Of a DNA stretch of 64,000 nt, positions 1-14,400 are shown in pieces. Both the position numbers and the translations under genes were made by a program. Below the pieces are notes generated by a model. It worked only from the letters and a program-made list of their open reading frames with translations, was not told the DNA's origin and searched no databases. Numbering within the stretch: position 1 is the stretch's first letter; each line of letters starts with the position of its first letter. This DNA comes from Paragordius varius (taxonomy: Eukaryota > Animalia > Nematomorpha). Where the stretch lies: the NCBI GenBank assembly GCA_964247055.1, contig OZ176058.1, positions 3,162,001 through 3,226,000 of the forward strand, given 5' to 3'.

Positions 1-57
1 AAAATTTCAAATTTTATAAGTATTTTACAATTATAAACTTTTTTTTATTTAATTTAG

Positions 58-237
58 CGTTAGCCATTTAATGACAACCCTTGTTAGCTTACACGTGAAT
101 CCTGACATTTTTGACAATGCCATCGTGATTAGAAAAACACTTTTGCGACACCTTAAAACTATTTGTGTCACCAATAATCGAAACAGTGATTTATTGGCTA
201 TATTGATTTACAACAATCAATATATTTTATCTCTAGG
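58..237 (+). CDS. Helicase exon A (HA2-adjacent; VSHLMTTLVSLHVNPDIF...RNSDLLAILIY)
   Basis: Acceptor aatttag at 56-57, donor GG|gtatta at 238; open frame. Confidence 0.75.
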
Positions 238-2572
238 GTATTAAATTTCTTTTTTGATATTCAACCATTTACAATTCAAATTCACCCTTGAACAATTCGA
301 ATTCACCCTTGAACAATTGAAATTCACCCTTGAACAATTATTCACCCTAAAACAATTTAAATTTACCCTTAAACAATTCAAATTCACCCTTGAACAATAT
401 AAGTTCACCTTAAAAATAAATTATGTGTTTTCGGGCAGCTAATTTAATTTAACATTAATATAAAATATATTCTTATAGCATAATTTATTATTTTTTCAGT
501 ATTATTTTGATTTTAAAAAAAATTCATTTCATAAAATATAAAAAATATCGGTAATTGCTAATTTTAAAGATCACATAATTTATTTTAGGGTGAATTTGAA
601 TTGTTCAAGGCTCAATTTGAACTGTAAATCGTGTAATTCCAATTATTTATAAGCCATTTTTTTCAATCAAAATTAATTATCTTTTTTCAAAAAATGTTTT
701 TTTATCTATGAGGTTTAGTAATAATTTAAAACTATTAACCATGAATTGTAAGTTTGATTGAAAAAAAAATTAAAAATTATTTGAACTGATTTCCTTTTAT
801 ATAAAAAAACTTGTCTAATTTTCTATGCCTTTTATGGTAATTAATTAGAATTAGCCTGACTATCTTAATTATTTTTTATTGTGAATAAAAAAACGCTTTT
901 ATATGAAATTTGTCCAAAAAATTATTTAGTGTTATATCTTTTTACAGTATAGAATTGATTTAAGCGCTTGATTTATTTGTTTTTTGGACCCGTATTTTTT
1001 TAAATATTAACCATTTACAATTCAAATTCACCCTAAAATAAATTATGAAATTCGATACAACTCATGATTAAAATTAAATAAATTTTAATGGCAAAGTTTA
1101 TTATTTTTACAGTATCTTAATTACATACAAAATTTCTTTTTTAAAAATATAAAAAAATATAGGTAATATTTAATCAAAAACACATAATTTATTTTAGGGG
1201 GAATTTGAATCGTTTGAAGGTGAATTTGAATTGTTTAAGGGGGAATTTGAACTGCAGTGTCATAAAAATTGAAAATTTAAAGCGACAAAAGGTAAAAACA
1301 TAAAGACCAATATTTGTTACAAAAATCCGTAATACTTTTTTAATTATTTCATTGTTTTAAATTAGAAAATATGTACAGTAAAAATTGAAATTATACGGAC
1401 AAAACGTAAAAATATAAAGACAAATATTTTTTTCTAAAAGACAACCATACTTTTTGAATCTTAATGTATCCCATATAAGCTATTTCAATTGTAAAATAAA
1501 AAATTGATTGTGTTAGTAATATATCTCTATTTCAGACTTTGCCATTTAATTGAAATAAATTAAAATTTAAAAAGTATGGTTGTCTTTTGAAAAAAAAATA
1601 TTGGTCTTTATTTTATATTTTGTCACTATAATTTTAGTTTTTACTATAATAAAGATATAAATTGGATGCAATTACTAATTTTACAGTTAAATATACATAA
1701 TATATATGTATATATGTATATATGAATTTAGGTTTAAAATGGTTGCTTTTGAAAAAAATATTTGTCTTTATGTTTTTACGTTTTTTCTGAGTAATTATTT
1801 TAAATAACCGTATTTTAAACTATTTGACTAGTTATTTTTTAACTTTAAATATATCTATCCTTAGAAAATATACAATTTTTTTTATTTCAAGAGTTTTTAT
1901 CTAATGATTTTTATAATATATGATATTCACAAAATTATATATTTTTATTAACAAATTTTATAATTTTTTACATTTTTTAAAAAATTACAAATTTTTATAT
2001 TTTTTATTTTAATAGTTGTTGTAATAATAAAATTAACGTTGAAAATAATGCCGATAGCTTAATAATTTTTATGTTTTATGTTCACTAAAATATATATATT
2101 TTTTATTAAAAAAATTATATTTTTGATAATTTTTAATATATATTTTTCATAAAAAAATTATATTTTTCTAGAAATCCTAACAAGGAAATTAACGATGAAA
2201 ATAATGCCGATAGTCCTAAAAAACTAGAAGAAAAATTATGGAATTTAAATTTTTGTCAAAATGTCCATCGAACTCAAATTTATTTGAGTTCCAATTTAAA
2301 TTCGCTGTTGAATTTAAATGAGCCAACAATACAACAAAGTTTGCGCCTAACTAATCAAAATAAATTAACTTTGCAACAATTGGATATTGTAAGTTTTTTG
2401 TAGATGTTAAATATAAAATTAAAATTTTTATTTAAAAAAGATAATTCTTTAAGTGAAATTTTAATGAAATTAAATAATATTTAGTGAAATTTAAATATAT
2501 AATATGAAAATTACTATTTATGTATGGAATTTGTTGAAAAATTTATAAAATTATACCTTAACTTTAGTTAGG

Positions 2573-2609
<37 letters not shown>

Positions 2610-5600
2610 AGAGTAAAAAATAAAAATAAACAATTTTTTTGAAGACTGCTATTTTTTTCATATAAATCATACTCATTGGTTTGCAAAAAAATAAAGATAT
2701 AAATTGTTACACTAAAGATTTAAATAATATATACGGACAAAACGTAAAAATATAAAGACAAATATTTTTTTTCAAAAGAAATTATTATACTTTTTTAAAC
2801 CGTAATACATCTATCATAAATTATTCAATACAATAGTAAAATATATAATTAATTTTATTATCAATATACATTATTTAATACTTTGCAGTTTAAAACAATG
2901 ATCTATATTTAAAATAATGAAGATTTTTAAAAGTATTGTTGTCTTTTAGAAAAAAGTATTTGTCTTTTAATTTTTAAGTTTTGTCCGTATAATTTTAATT
3001 TTCACTGTAATACATTTAATTTAACATTTTAAATATAAAATGCGGAATTATCAATTTTAAGTTTTCAAAAATATGGTTCTTGGAAAAAATATATATCTTT
3101 TCTTTTTTTTAGAATATCAATTTTTACTTAATTTATCTAATTATACTTTAAATATTTTATAATTTGCATTATATATTTATTTTTATCCCATTATACCTTT
3201 TATTTTTAAATTAAAACAAAATACAAGTTAAAGTAAATGGCAAAAACGTATAAATGTTTTTAAAATAATTATTACTTAATTTATTTAATAAATAACCTTT
3301 TACATCTATTTTTATTTTTCGATTACGTTTTATTTTTTTTTCTTTATCCCGAAAAAGGTTATACAAATCTAACCGATTTTTAGATATTTTAAAATAAAAT
3401 TTTAAAAATGATTTATACGCGTTTTTGCCATTTACTTTAACTCGATTATTTATAAATGCGTGATTCTAAAATAAAATAAGTTGTTTTATTTAACTTTTTT
3501 TTATTCTAGCTTGTGGCTTTATTAAACATTGGATTTAATCCTAACATTTGCTACTTGTTGGGGCCGAGATTTGTCCTGTTGGATAAAAGCGTTCTTGGAA
3601 TCATTGATAAACATTCGATTATTTCAACGCTTAAACGATCACCTGATCCTAACATCCCTTTTTTTATTTTTACGGAAAAGGTATTTTTTTTCGACATATA
3701 TGTTTAACCTTTTTTTGATTAGATCAGGGGTGTTTTATTCAACACGCGGTTACGAATTATTTTTTGCGCGAGCAAATATATCATTTACAGTTTAAATACA
3801 CTCTTAAACAATTCAAATTTACCCTAAAAATGAATTATGTGTTTTCGGGCACTAATATAACTCATTATTTAACGGAATAGCATTTACAGTTCAAATTCAC
3901 CCTCAAACAGTTCAAATTCACCCTTGAACAATTAAAATTCACCCTAAAAATGAATTTATGTTTTCAGGCACTAATATAACTTATTATTAAACGGAAATAT
4001 ACCATTTACAGTTCAAATCCACTCTTGAACAGTTCAAATTCACCCTTGAACAATTAAAATTCACCCTAAAATAAATTATGTGTTTTCAAACTAATATAAC
4101 TCATTATTAAACGGAAATATACCATTTACAGTTCAAATTCACCCTCAAACAGTTCAAATTCACCCTTGAACAATTAAAATTCACCCCAAAATAATTTATG
4201 TGTTTTCAAACTAATATAACTCATTATTAAACGGAAATATATCTTACAGTTCAAATTGACCCTTGAACAAATCACCGAACAATTCAAATTCACCCGCGAA
4301 CAATCAAAATTTACCCTAAAAATAAATTATGTGTTTTCAAACTAATATAACTCATTTTTAAGGGGAATTTACAGTTCAAATTCATCCTTGAACAATTCAA
4401 ATTCATTCTATAACAATTTAAATTTACCCTAAAAATGAATTATCTGTTTTCGGGCCGCTAATATAACTCATTATTAAACGGAAATATAACATTTACAGTT
4501 TAAATTCACCCTTGAACAATTCAAATTTACCCTAAAAATGAATTATGTTTTTTCGAACTAATATAACTCATTATTAAACGGAAATATACCATTTACAGTT
4601 CAAATTCATCCTTGAACAATTCAAATTTACCCTAAAAATAAATTTATGTTTTCGGGCACTAATATAACTCATTATTAATCGGAATATATCTTTATGGCAT
4701 AGTTTTTTATTTTTTCAGTATTATTTCATTTAAAACAAAATTCCTTTTTTAGAAATATAGGTAATTTTTAATCTTAAAAAACATATATTTTATTTGAGGA
4801 AGAATTTGAATTCGAGGGAGAATTTGAATTGCTTAAGTGTGTATATCAATTGTAAATGGTTTATTAAATATAAAACAATTTTTGAATTAAAATTTATTTT
4901 TTAAACATTTAACTTTTCCAGTTTTGGCAATGACCTAGCAAAATTAAATACAGTTATTGAAATTATACGGACAAAACGTAAAATAAAAAGATAAATATAT
5001 TTTTTTCAAAACTTTTTATAACCTTGATTTTTGCTATATAAAAGTTATTTAATTACAATCAAAAACTACATAATTGATTGTGCTACTAATTTACATTTCT
5101 ATTTTATATTTTGCTGTTTAAAACAATCAGTATTTAAAAATATGGTTGTTGTCTTTTAGAAAACAATATTTGTCTTTATATTTTTACGTTTTGTCCGTAT
5201 AATTTCAATTTTTTACTTTATTAGTTAGTCTTATGTTTAAAATCTAATAAAATAATTATCAATACTTATATGTTTTAATGCGGGGCTTGCTAAGCCATTC
5301 ATGTGGGATACCCCTGGATTAGATACTAAAAAATTTTTTTTTTGAAGATAATAATTTATTTTAAAATAGTCTAATTAATATATTGAACTTTTTTAAAACT
5401 TATTAATACTTTTAAATTTTTGGTGATTGTAAAATTTTGTATATTAAATTAAAATTTTATAAATTTACTCAATAATATAAAACATATAACTGATTACTAC
5501 TTTAAAAAAATGTTAATTGTTATAATTTTATTTAAAATAAAAAGTTTTATTAATTTATTATTGAATCGATTAAAAATTGCTAGTATAATTATAACGTGAA

Positions 5601-8600
5601 AATAAAGTTTTATATCGTAATTTTTAATTTTGATATTTTGACAACAATATTTTAGATTTTTCATAGATATACATATTAGATAAAAAATAATAAACAATTA
5701 TATATTTTATTATCGAATTTCAAAGTTTTATTAATAAATAACATTATAAGGAACAAAATAAGAAAAATTAATAAAAACTGTTTATTCATAACGGTTTTTA
5801 CAATAGAAATTGAATACGAAGAAAACGGAAAAATATAATGACAAACTTTTTTTAAACACAATCCATAATTTTAAACCTTAATTTTTCTTATATAAAATAT
5901 TTTACCAGTGTGATTATGTTACCAATTTTTATCTCTATTATATACAATGTTAAAAACAATCTATATTTAACAAAATCAGATCTAGAAAGGTTTTCTGAAA
6001 AAAACTATTTGTCTTTATATTTTCACGTTTTTTCGTATAATTCAATTTTTACTGTATTTTAATTCGATATCTCATAAACAATTCTATATATAAAAACATT
6101 GAAAAATCAAATTTATATTATTAAAATTTGATAACATCAGTTTAATTTTTATAAATTTTGAATGTTAAATAAAAATTCTATACATATTAATTTCAAAAAC
6201 AACCAGGTACTCTCTAGAAATCGATATATAAATGATTTGAGTTTGGTTTCTCCTTTGCAATTCCTCTTATTTGGGACTTATCAATTCTGTTTGCAAAATG
6301 ACACCTCAATAATCACAATAAATGATTGGTTTTTTTATTTCATTTTTACTTTTCATTTTTAAATGATTTCTGCGTAAAAAAATATCTATATAAAAATTAC
6401 AGTAAAGAATAAAAACAAAATGTAGAAATATAAAGACTAATATTTTTTTCGGACAACCATATTTTTCTAACATTTATTTTTTAATACAATAGATTTAATT
6501 ACATTTGTAAAATATTCAATTTACATATCTAATTCTTAATTTGTAATTTTAAACACCAAGTTATATTAAAGAAAATCGAAAAAGCACAGCGGTTCTTTTG
6601 AAAAAAATATTTTTCTTTATCTTTTTTATATCCCTGTATATCCATTTTTACGTTCTTATTAACTTTATTTTATTTATCCACTGTAAAACAAAATGCATTT
6701 TATGGTTGACATCTCCTTAATTTTTACCATTTAATTTTTTAAACATATTTTAAGCATATTTTAAGCATATCTTTTACCGTAAAAACTGAAATTATACGGA
6801 CAAAATTAAAAATATAAAGACAAATATTTTTTCTAACATACAACCATACTATTTAAATCTTAATTTATTTAAAAACGCATTGTTTTAAATATCAAAGTCT
6901 GAAATAGATATATATATATATATTACTGACACATACAATTTTATATTTTACAACTGTAACTAAGGATTTAAAAAGTAGGATGGTTGTATTTTTAGATAAA
7001 AATATTTGTCTTTATATTTTTACGTATTGTCCGTATATTTTTACTTTTTACTGTAAATAAAAATTTTACTTAATCTAAATAGATTTTTTACAAAATAAAT
7101 CGGTAAGAAAATAGATAGATCCACGTTTGTTGGTTCAATTTTACTTGATAAAATAATAAATGAGTTTTGATATTAAATTATAGTTGATTTTATGAAAAAA
7201 TTATATTTTTTTACCTTACATCTTATTTTTACTAATACATAGTCTTATCTTTTCACATTATTATATAATACAATATTAACAATTCTTTTAATTTTAACTA
7301 ACCTATTTCATATTTTTGATAACCTTTAATAACCACACTTACATAAATAAAATTTTTCACCAAAGTAGATCCATAAGATATTTTTTTTAAAAAAAAATTC
7401 TTTACACCAAATTTTTTACTGTAAAACTTGGTTATCAAATTTAATTTTTCATATGGGAATTTCATTATTTTTGCATATAAAAAATAGGATCCGTATAAAA
7501 AGAACTCTTTGTTAGCCAAATTCGTTTTTTTTACAATATGCTGCTGATAAATTAATTAATATTGTTACATATAAAAAATATATGATTGATTTTACAAAAT
7601 TTATAGTTTTTTAATACTTTCCAAATTCAAATTTTCTCTTTCAGAGTAAAATAGGATTATTATCTAAAATTAATTCTTGGCAAAGTTGATATTATTACAG
7701 TTTGCTTTAGATAAAATGATTAATATAGTTATTCCAGGATTGAAAATTGTAAGATATAAATTTATTTTTGAAACACTAGTTATTGCTTATTGTTAAAATT
7801 TATACCAAATTATATTATTTGCATATAAAATAATAGGATTCGTATAAAATTGATTCTTGGCATAACTTATTACGGTGTGCTTTTGATAATATGCTTAATA
7901 TAGTTATTTAAGGAATAAAAATTATAATTGATATAAATTTATTTTTGAAACACTAATCATTGCTTATTCTACAAACATTGACTAATTTATTTTATTTGCA
8001 TTTACGATTATTGGATTCGTATAAAAATTGATTCTTGGCATAACTTGTTACGGTGTGCTTTTGATGAAAAGCTTATATAGTTATTTAAGGAATGAAAAAT
8101 ATATGATATAAAAAAATAATCGTTTTTCTTAAAATTCTTAAAGCATCTTAAAATTTATACCGGCAATAAATTACTTTATTTGCATGTAAAATAACATAGG
8201 ATTCGTATAAAAATGGATTCACATCTATTGGCTAAGTTGATATTATTACGGGGTGCTTTCGATAAAATGATTAATATAGTTATATAAGGAATGAAAAATA
8301 TATGATTTATATAAAAAATAATCGTTTTTTAATAAAAAAGCATCTTATTAAAATTTATACCGGCTATAAATTACTTTATTTGCATATAAAATATAATAGG
8401 ATTCGTATTAAAATGGATTCACATCTATTGGCTAAGCTGATTTTATTACGGGGCGCTTTCGATAAAATGATTAATGTAGTTTGCCAGGATTCCAGTTTAC
8501 TGCATAAATTGCTTCAACACAGTGAGACTCAAGAACAGTAAATTTATATATATTTTGAAATTTTCAATTATAAACTAAAAGATAGCCCTATTTATATACC

Positions 8601-9987
8601 ATTAACCCTTTAAAATCACCCTTAAACAATTCATATTCACGTGAAAATTCGGGCTAATTAGTATACATTATCATTACTATGAATTATGGATAATTTTTAG
8701 GATTATGTTAATATTATGAAATTTCATTTTTTAAACATATAAAAAAATATAGGTGGCTTTTGATATTCAAAAACACACAGTTTATTTTTAGGGTGAATTT
8801 GAATTGTTCAAGGATGAATTAGGATTGTTTAAGGGTGAATTTGAACTGTATATTTCGAGAGATCCTAATTTTTAAAAGCTCAATTGATTGTTTTTAAAAA
8901 AAATTATATATATAATTACTAAATTGATTAATATTTTTATATAAACACTTTTAGAACATGTGTAATTGATTGTATATTACCATTTTACATTTCTGTTCCC
9001 CTAAAATTAAATAATGAAGTTTAATAGGATGATTAACTTTATATAGTAAAATGATTATATTTTACTTTATACTATATTTCGTCTTCAGTATAATATTATC
9101 TTATTTTATAGACATTTAAATACTATAAGAATATTTTTCGTTTAAATGACAATATAATCTTGTTTAAATAATACGTTTGGGTTGAGAAGTGGTGAATAGG
9201 GGTCTAAATTGCTTATAACAGTCAATTTAATAATTCGATATTATATTTAAATAATTTTTGTGAAAAATAATCAAGTGTTATTTATAAAAATTTTGTTAAG
9301 TAAAGAGCACGATTATATATCATATCTATATTTTCCTTGATTAAATGGGCCTTTAACAGTTAATCGGTATGAATAATATTCTTATCTTTTATTATATTTT
9401 TTTCAAATTTTGAAGAAAAAAAAGTTTTTCATTAATTATGTAATTAATAAAATGAAAAATAAATGCCAACAGATAATAATTATTACTATTTTAGCCATTT
9501 AACATACAGATATGGCCTATAATAGTGCTCCTTACTGTAGTTGTAAAAAATTATTTTTTTAACCTTTTTTTTATAATTTTACAAAAATTTCCATATTTTA
9601 ATAATTTCAATTGTGAATAGTATTCATCAAAATCATGATGGTATGGAACCGAGAATTGCAAAATCCTGTATAATTCGAGATGTCATTTTCGCTTTGACAA
9701 ACCTTAATGCGGGCGCTTTTAACGATTTAAACAATATAAAACCTCTGGAGACTGAACCCTCAGTATTACAAGGTATGTAGAGTTTTTTTGGATATATAGA
9801 GTAAAATTTAAGCTATAAAAGGTGGGAAATTTTTGTTAAGAAAGTTTTTTGAGGTTTCCTCCGATAAATCCACTATTATATATAAATTTTTTTTATCAAG
9901 TCTTAATTCTTTGGAATAACTTGTATTGACGTTCTCAACGATGTATCAAAATAAAATTTATTAAATTTTAATTTTTTGTTCATAAAT

Positions 9988-10025
<38 letters not shown>

Positions 10026-11359
10026 TGATTGTTCATTTTTAGTGAAAAAAAGAGAATTTTTTTATTCATTTGGTAATTATAACACATGTTTTTAATATAA
10101 ATATAACATTTAATAGATTGGTAAAACAATTTTTATAGTTATGTTTACATTTAATATATTAATCTTTTTAACACGAAAATGGTGCAGTAAAAATTGTTTT
10201 ATACAGGCAAAATGTATAATATAAAGGAAAATTTTATTATTAAAAGACAACCACCATACTTTTCAAACCTTAATTTATCTTGTCTTTAATTCTAATCCTA
10301 AAATAATTGTTTGTGTTACTATTTTTACATCTCTATTTATGCAGTTCAAACCAAACAGTTATATTGTTAAAGTATGGTTGGTTGTTTTTTTGAAAAACAT
10401 ACATATTTGTCTTTTGGTTGTCACGTTTTGTCCGTATAATTTTATTCTTTTTTACTTACTGTACACATTAGATGATTTGACTGTGCAACAATCAACACCA
10501 GACAATTCTTCTATCAACAATGAAAAAACTGTTAATAAAGAAAATAATACAGATGATGTTTTAAGCATATCTTCGTTTGATTCTGAAGACAGTCTTTACA
10601 TTCCTTACCAACATTTACTTAAGGAATCATCAATGATGCATAATATGTATAGACGACCACCCCCAGCTTACTTTTATTATCACCCGAATTATTACAATCC
10701 AAATTTGCGTTATTTTGCTAATAATCCCAATCAACACAATATACGTTTTTATGGCCCGAGAATGCCCCCTCGATTTTACCGTAAGTTTAAGATTGAAAAA
10801 TATACCCTTAAACAATTCAAATTCACCCTTAAACGATTCAAATTCACCCTTAAACTATTCAAATTCACCCTTAAACAATCTAAATTCATTTTTGAACAAT
10901 TTAAATTCACCCTTAAACAATTAATTCAAATTCACCCTTAAACAATTCAAATTCACCCTTAAACAATTTAAATTCACCCTTAAACGATTCAAGTTCACCC
11001 TTCATTAAATTCACCCTTAAACAATTCATATTCACCCTTTAACAAATCAAATACACCCTTAAACAATTCAAATTCACCCTCAAATAAAATATATGTTTTT
11101 ACAGATTAAAAATTACTCAATATTTTTATATATATATTTTTAAAAAATAAAAATTTTGATTTAAATTAAAATAATACTGAAAAAATATTATACTATGTGC
11201 CATAAAGATTTAATTCTCATTAATAATGAGTTATATTAGTTCGTAAACACATAATTTTTTAAGGTGAATTTGAATTGTTTAAGTTTAAATTGTTACAGAC
11301 AAAACGTTATAACCTAAATATGATTATTTCAGTTTTTTTTTATTTGCAAATTATTTGAT

Positions 11360-11407
<48 letters not shown>

Positions 11408-14400
11408 ATAGAGATGAAAAATATGGTTGGTTGTCTTTTTGAAATAAAAAATATGTCTTATAAATGGGTTTTGATAATATCAATTTTTACCGTTTTTATT
11501 ATAATTACGAAAAATAATATTTTATAAAGCGAGGAACCTTAATTTTTTGGATTTTACAGTATTAATTATATAATGGAAAAAATTCTATCCCATATAAAGA
11601 CAAACAAGCTTACTTTTAAAAATCCTCATTTTTTGGTTTTTACGGTATAAAATTAAAATTATTAAATTATTTTAAATTTTATAACCTTTTTAAAAAACAT
11701 TTTTGTTTACAGTATACCATTTTTTTTATTATAACAGTAAAAATTGAACTTATTTTAAATTTGAAAGGTATATTTTCAAACCTTAAATCTTGAAATTATA
11801 AAGTAGGGGTCATACTTTCTTAAAATCTTAAATATTTGTTTTTACAGTATTTTAAATTGTAAAGGCAAAACTTAATATTTTGGAAATTTTAAAAAAAGCC
11901 ACACTTTTTTTTTAAAAAAACCCTAATTTTTAGATATTTAAAGCGAAACTTAAACGCAATAAAAACTAAAAGACGAATTTAAATAATTATATTTATGGAT
12001 AAAAATCAGAGGATTTTATAAAACATAACGAGTTATTTGAACATTAAATAAAAATTTTCTGCATTAATTTTATTTGTTTTATAGGTTAAAAATTGATATT
12101 GAAAAAAACATACAATAAAAACTAAATACTTCATAAATTTTTTAAACCTTAATTTTCTCATCCTTTATAACTATATTTTTTTGTTATATCGAGCTTTTAT
12201 TTTATCAATTTACTTATTTATTTATTTTGTACCCAAAAACGATAATCGAGATAAACATCTAGAAGTTGAAAAGTAAGGTTTTTTTTATAATTTTAATATA
12301 TTGTTTAAGCACACTATACTATACATTTTACAATTGCAATTAATTATATAATTTGTATGTTAAACCTCATTTTAAAAAAGTATGGTTTTTTGTAATGCAT
12401 GAAAATTATGGACTAAATTTTTATTAAGTCAATTACCTATATCTCACTATATAAGGCATCTTATTACGTTACAATTCATTTCATATTTTTTCGATAAAGA
12501 CTTTACTCTTTAAAAGGCGAAAATTAAAATATATATTTTTACATTATATACGCATTTCAGAAGCTTAATTTTTTAATAAATTTCATAAAATATAATGCGT
12601 AATTCCCTCAATTTCGCTAGTTTTATTTATACTTATTTCAATTTTTTTAAAAAATCTGAAAAAATTTTAATATCATATACTATGTATATATCCAGGACCC
12701 AGGCCTAGTTTTTACCCCCCGCCTCCCAATACTGAATATTTAGAAAAAGCAGATATCGAAAATGAAATTCCGCCATCTCCGATGAATCATCCAGTTGATA
12801 TGGCAGTAGCCGGTTTTACTGGACCGACGGTTCCGCCACTTCGCAGACCACCTTTTGGCGGTCTTCCGCGAAGACCGGTTTTCTATGGTCGACCGCGACA
12901 ACAACCCGTTTTTAGTAATTAAATTCATAATATTTTATATAATTTGGCAATCTATATATGGGTTTGGTTTTGAATATAAGTGTTTTGATTAGGCAATTTC
13001 ATAAAATTAATTTTAGACGAAATAGTGAAATTCTTATTTAAAGTGTGAATAATCTTTAAAGTTAATTTTAATATTCAAAAAACAAGGTTACATAAAAAAT
13101 CTAGAATTTAAAAACATAATATTCAAAAACATGAATAAATTTTTGCGGCTATATCGTATACAAATATTAGCTTATCACCCAAAAATTTTATGAGTTAGGG
13201 ATTATATTTCGCGAATATGGCCAAAACGTAAAATCTAATTTTTTTAAAAAAAAACTGTAATATAAATTTACAGTTGTTAAAAGACAATTGAGTGTTGTAG
13301 GAATTTATATATATACTTATTTTATAAACTAACAAAATATATTTTTTTCTATATACAATAGTCCCTAACTTATAGATAAAACCAGAAGTAAAAAACCCAT
13401 TATTAAAAAAAATTATTAATATGAATTTGGAGTTTAAAAAACTCCGTATTATATTAAATAAGAATCTAAAATATAATTATTATCTAGAATAAAAATGTCG
13501 GTTCTTATTAAGCATAAGCTCTATTTTCACTCCTCGATAATAAACTCATATTATATTATAAAATTTGTTATCTGAACTTTTTTTATAGATATTTGTGTCA
13601 ATCCTAGTTTTTTTACCTTTATAAAATTATTCTTCTTAGGATTTTTATATATTTTCCTTAAATTTAAGAAAATATTTTACTTTACCATTTTCCTTTTAAA
13701 CGTAGATAATCGATATGGTTCACCGCGAGGCGGTCTTTACCCATTTTACGGACCAAACGGAAATTATCGCTTCTTGGGACCGCGCGGACCTAGAATGTTG
13801 CCATATCAAACAAATGATAATAACTCAAAAACTGAAAATACCAAAATTAATATCAGCAATAATGGCGATAATATTATTCATGATGAGTCTAGTAATATAT
13901 CTGGATCAGCTGATGTTAGCATGGATGATGGAAAAAATTATCTTGAGAACAATGAGGAACAAAGTTTGACTCCTGAATTGGATAGATCGGGTAAAAACTA
14001 CTATAAAAGTTTTGCGTTTTTTTTTGTTCAGAGGTATTTTAATTTTTAAAGCTAAATCTAATTTAAATCTGCGTATCATAATTTATAGCTTATTATTAAA
14101 TAGAGTTCAAACAATTTAGGTTAGGATATTCAATTAATACACTGATACTTAATTTACCATTTACAATTCGAATTCACTCTTAAATAATTCAAATATACCC
14201 TAAAAATATTTTGAGTTCTGAAACTAGTATAACACTTATTATTAATATAAAATATTTTTATTGAATATAAGGTGAATTTGAATTGTTAATGGTATATTAT
14301 CAAAACTTAAAAAATTAGAAATTAAATGTTTTATTATATTAAGATAGTCATACTTTGATTTTTTTATAACCTAAATGATTGCAAATTGTTTTATTATGCA

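Noticed and set aside
254-442. ORF with EQFKFTL heptad repeats
   Set aside because: It is the MITE-A 21-nt repeat read in frame, inside helicase intron A-B.
2172-3680. Initial impression of a Regnase/NYN nuclease domain
   Set aside because: Adding exons D and E gives a much better, colinear DHX9 OB-fold match, and the catalytic acidic motifs of NYN are absent.
265-4859. Regularly spaced repeats resembling a CRISPR array
   Set aside because: Eukaryotic intron; there are no unique spacers, the units are MITE arms, and there are no cas genes.
12740-12928. - strand ORF MNLITKNGLL...
   Set aside because: Antisense shadow of GC-rich helicase exon H.
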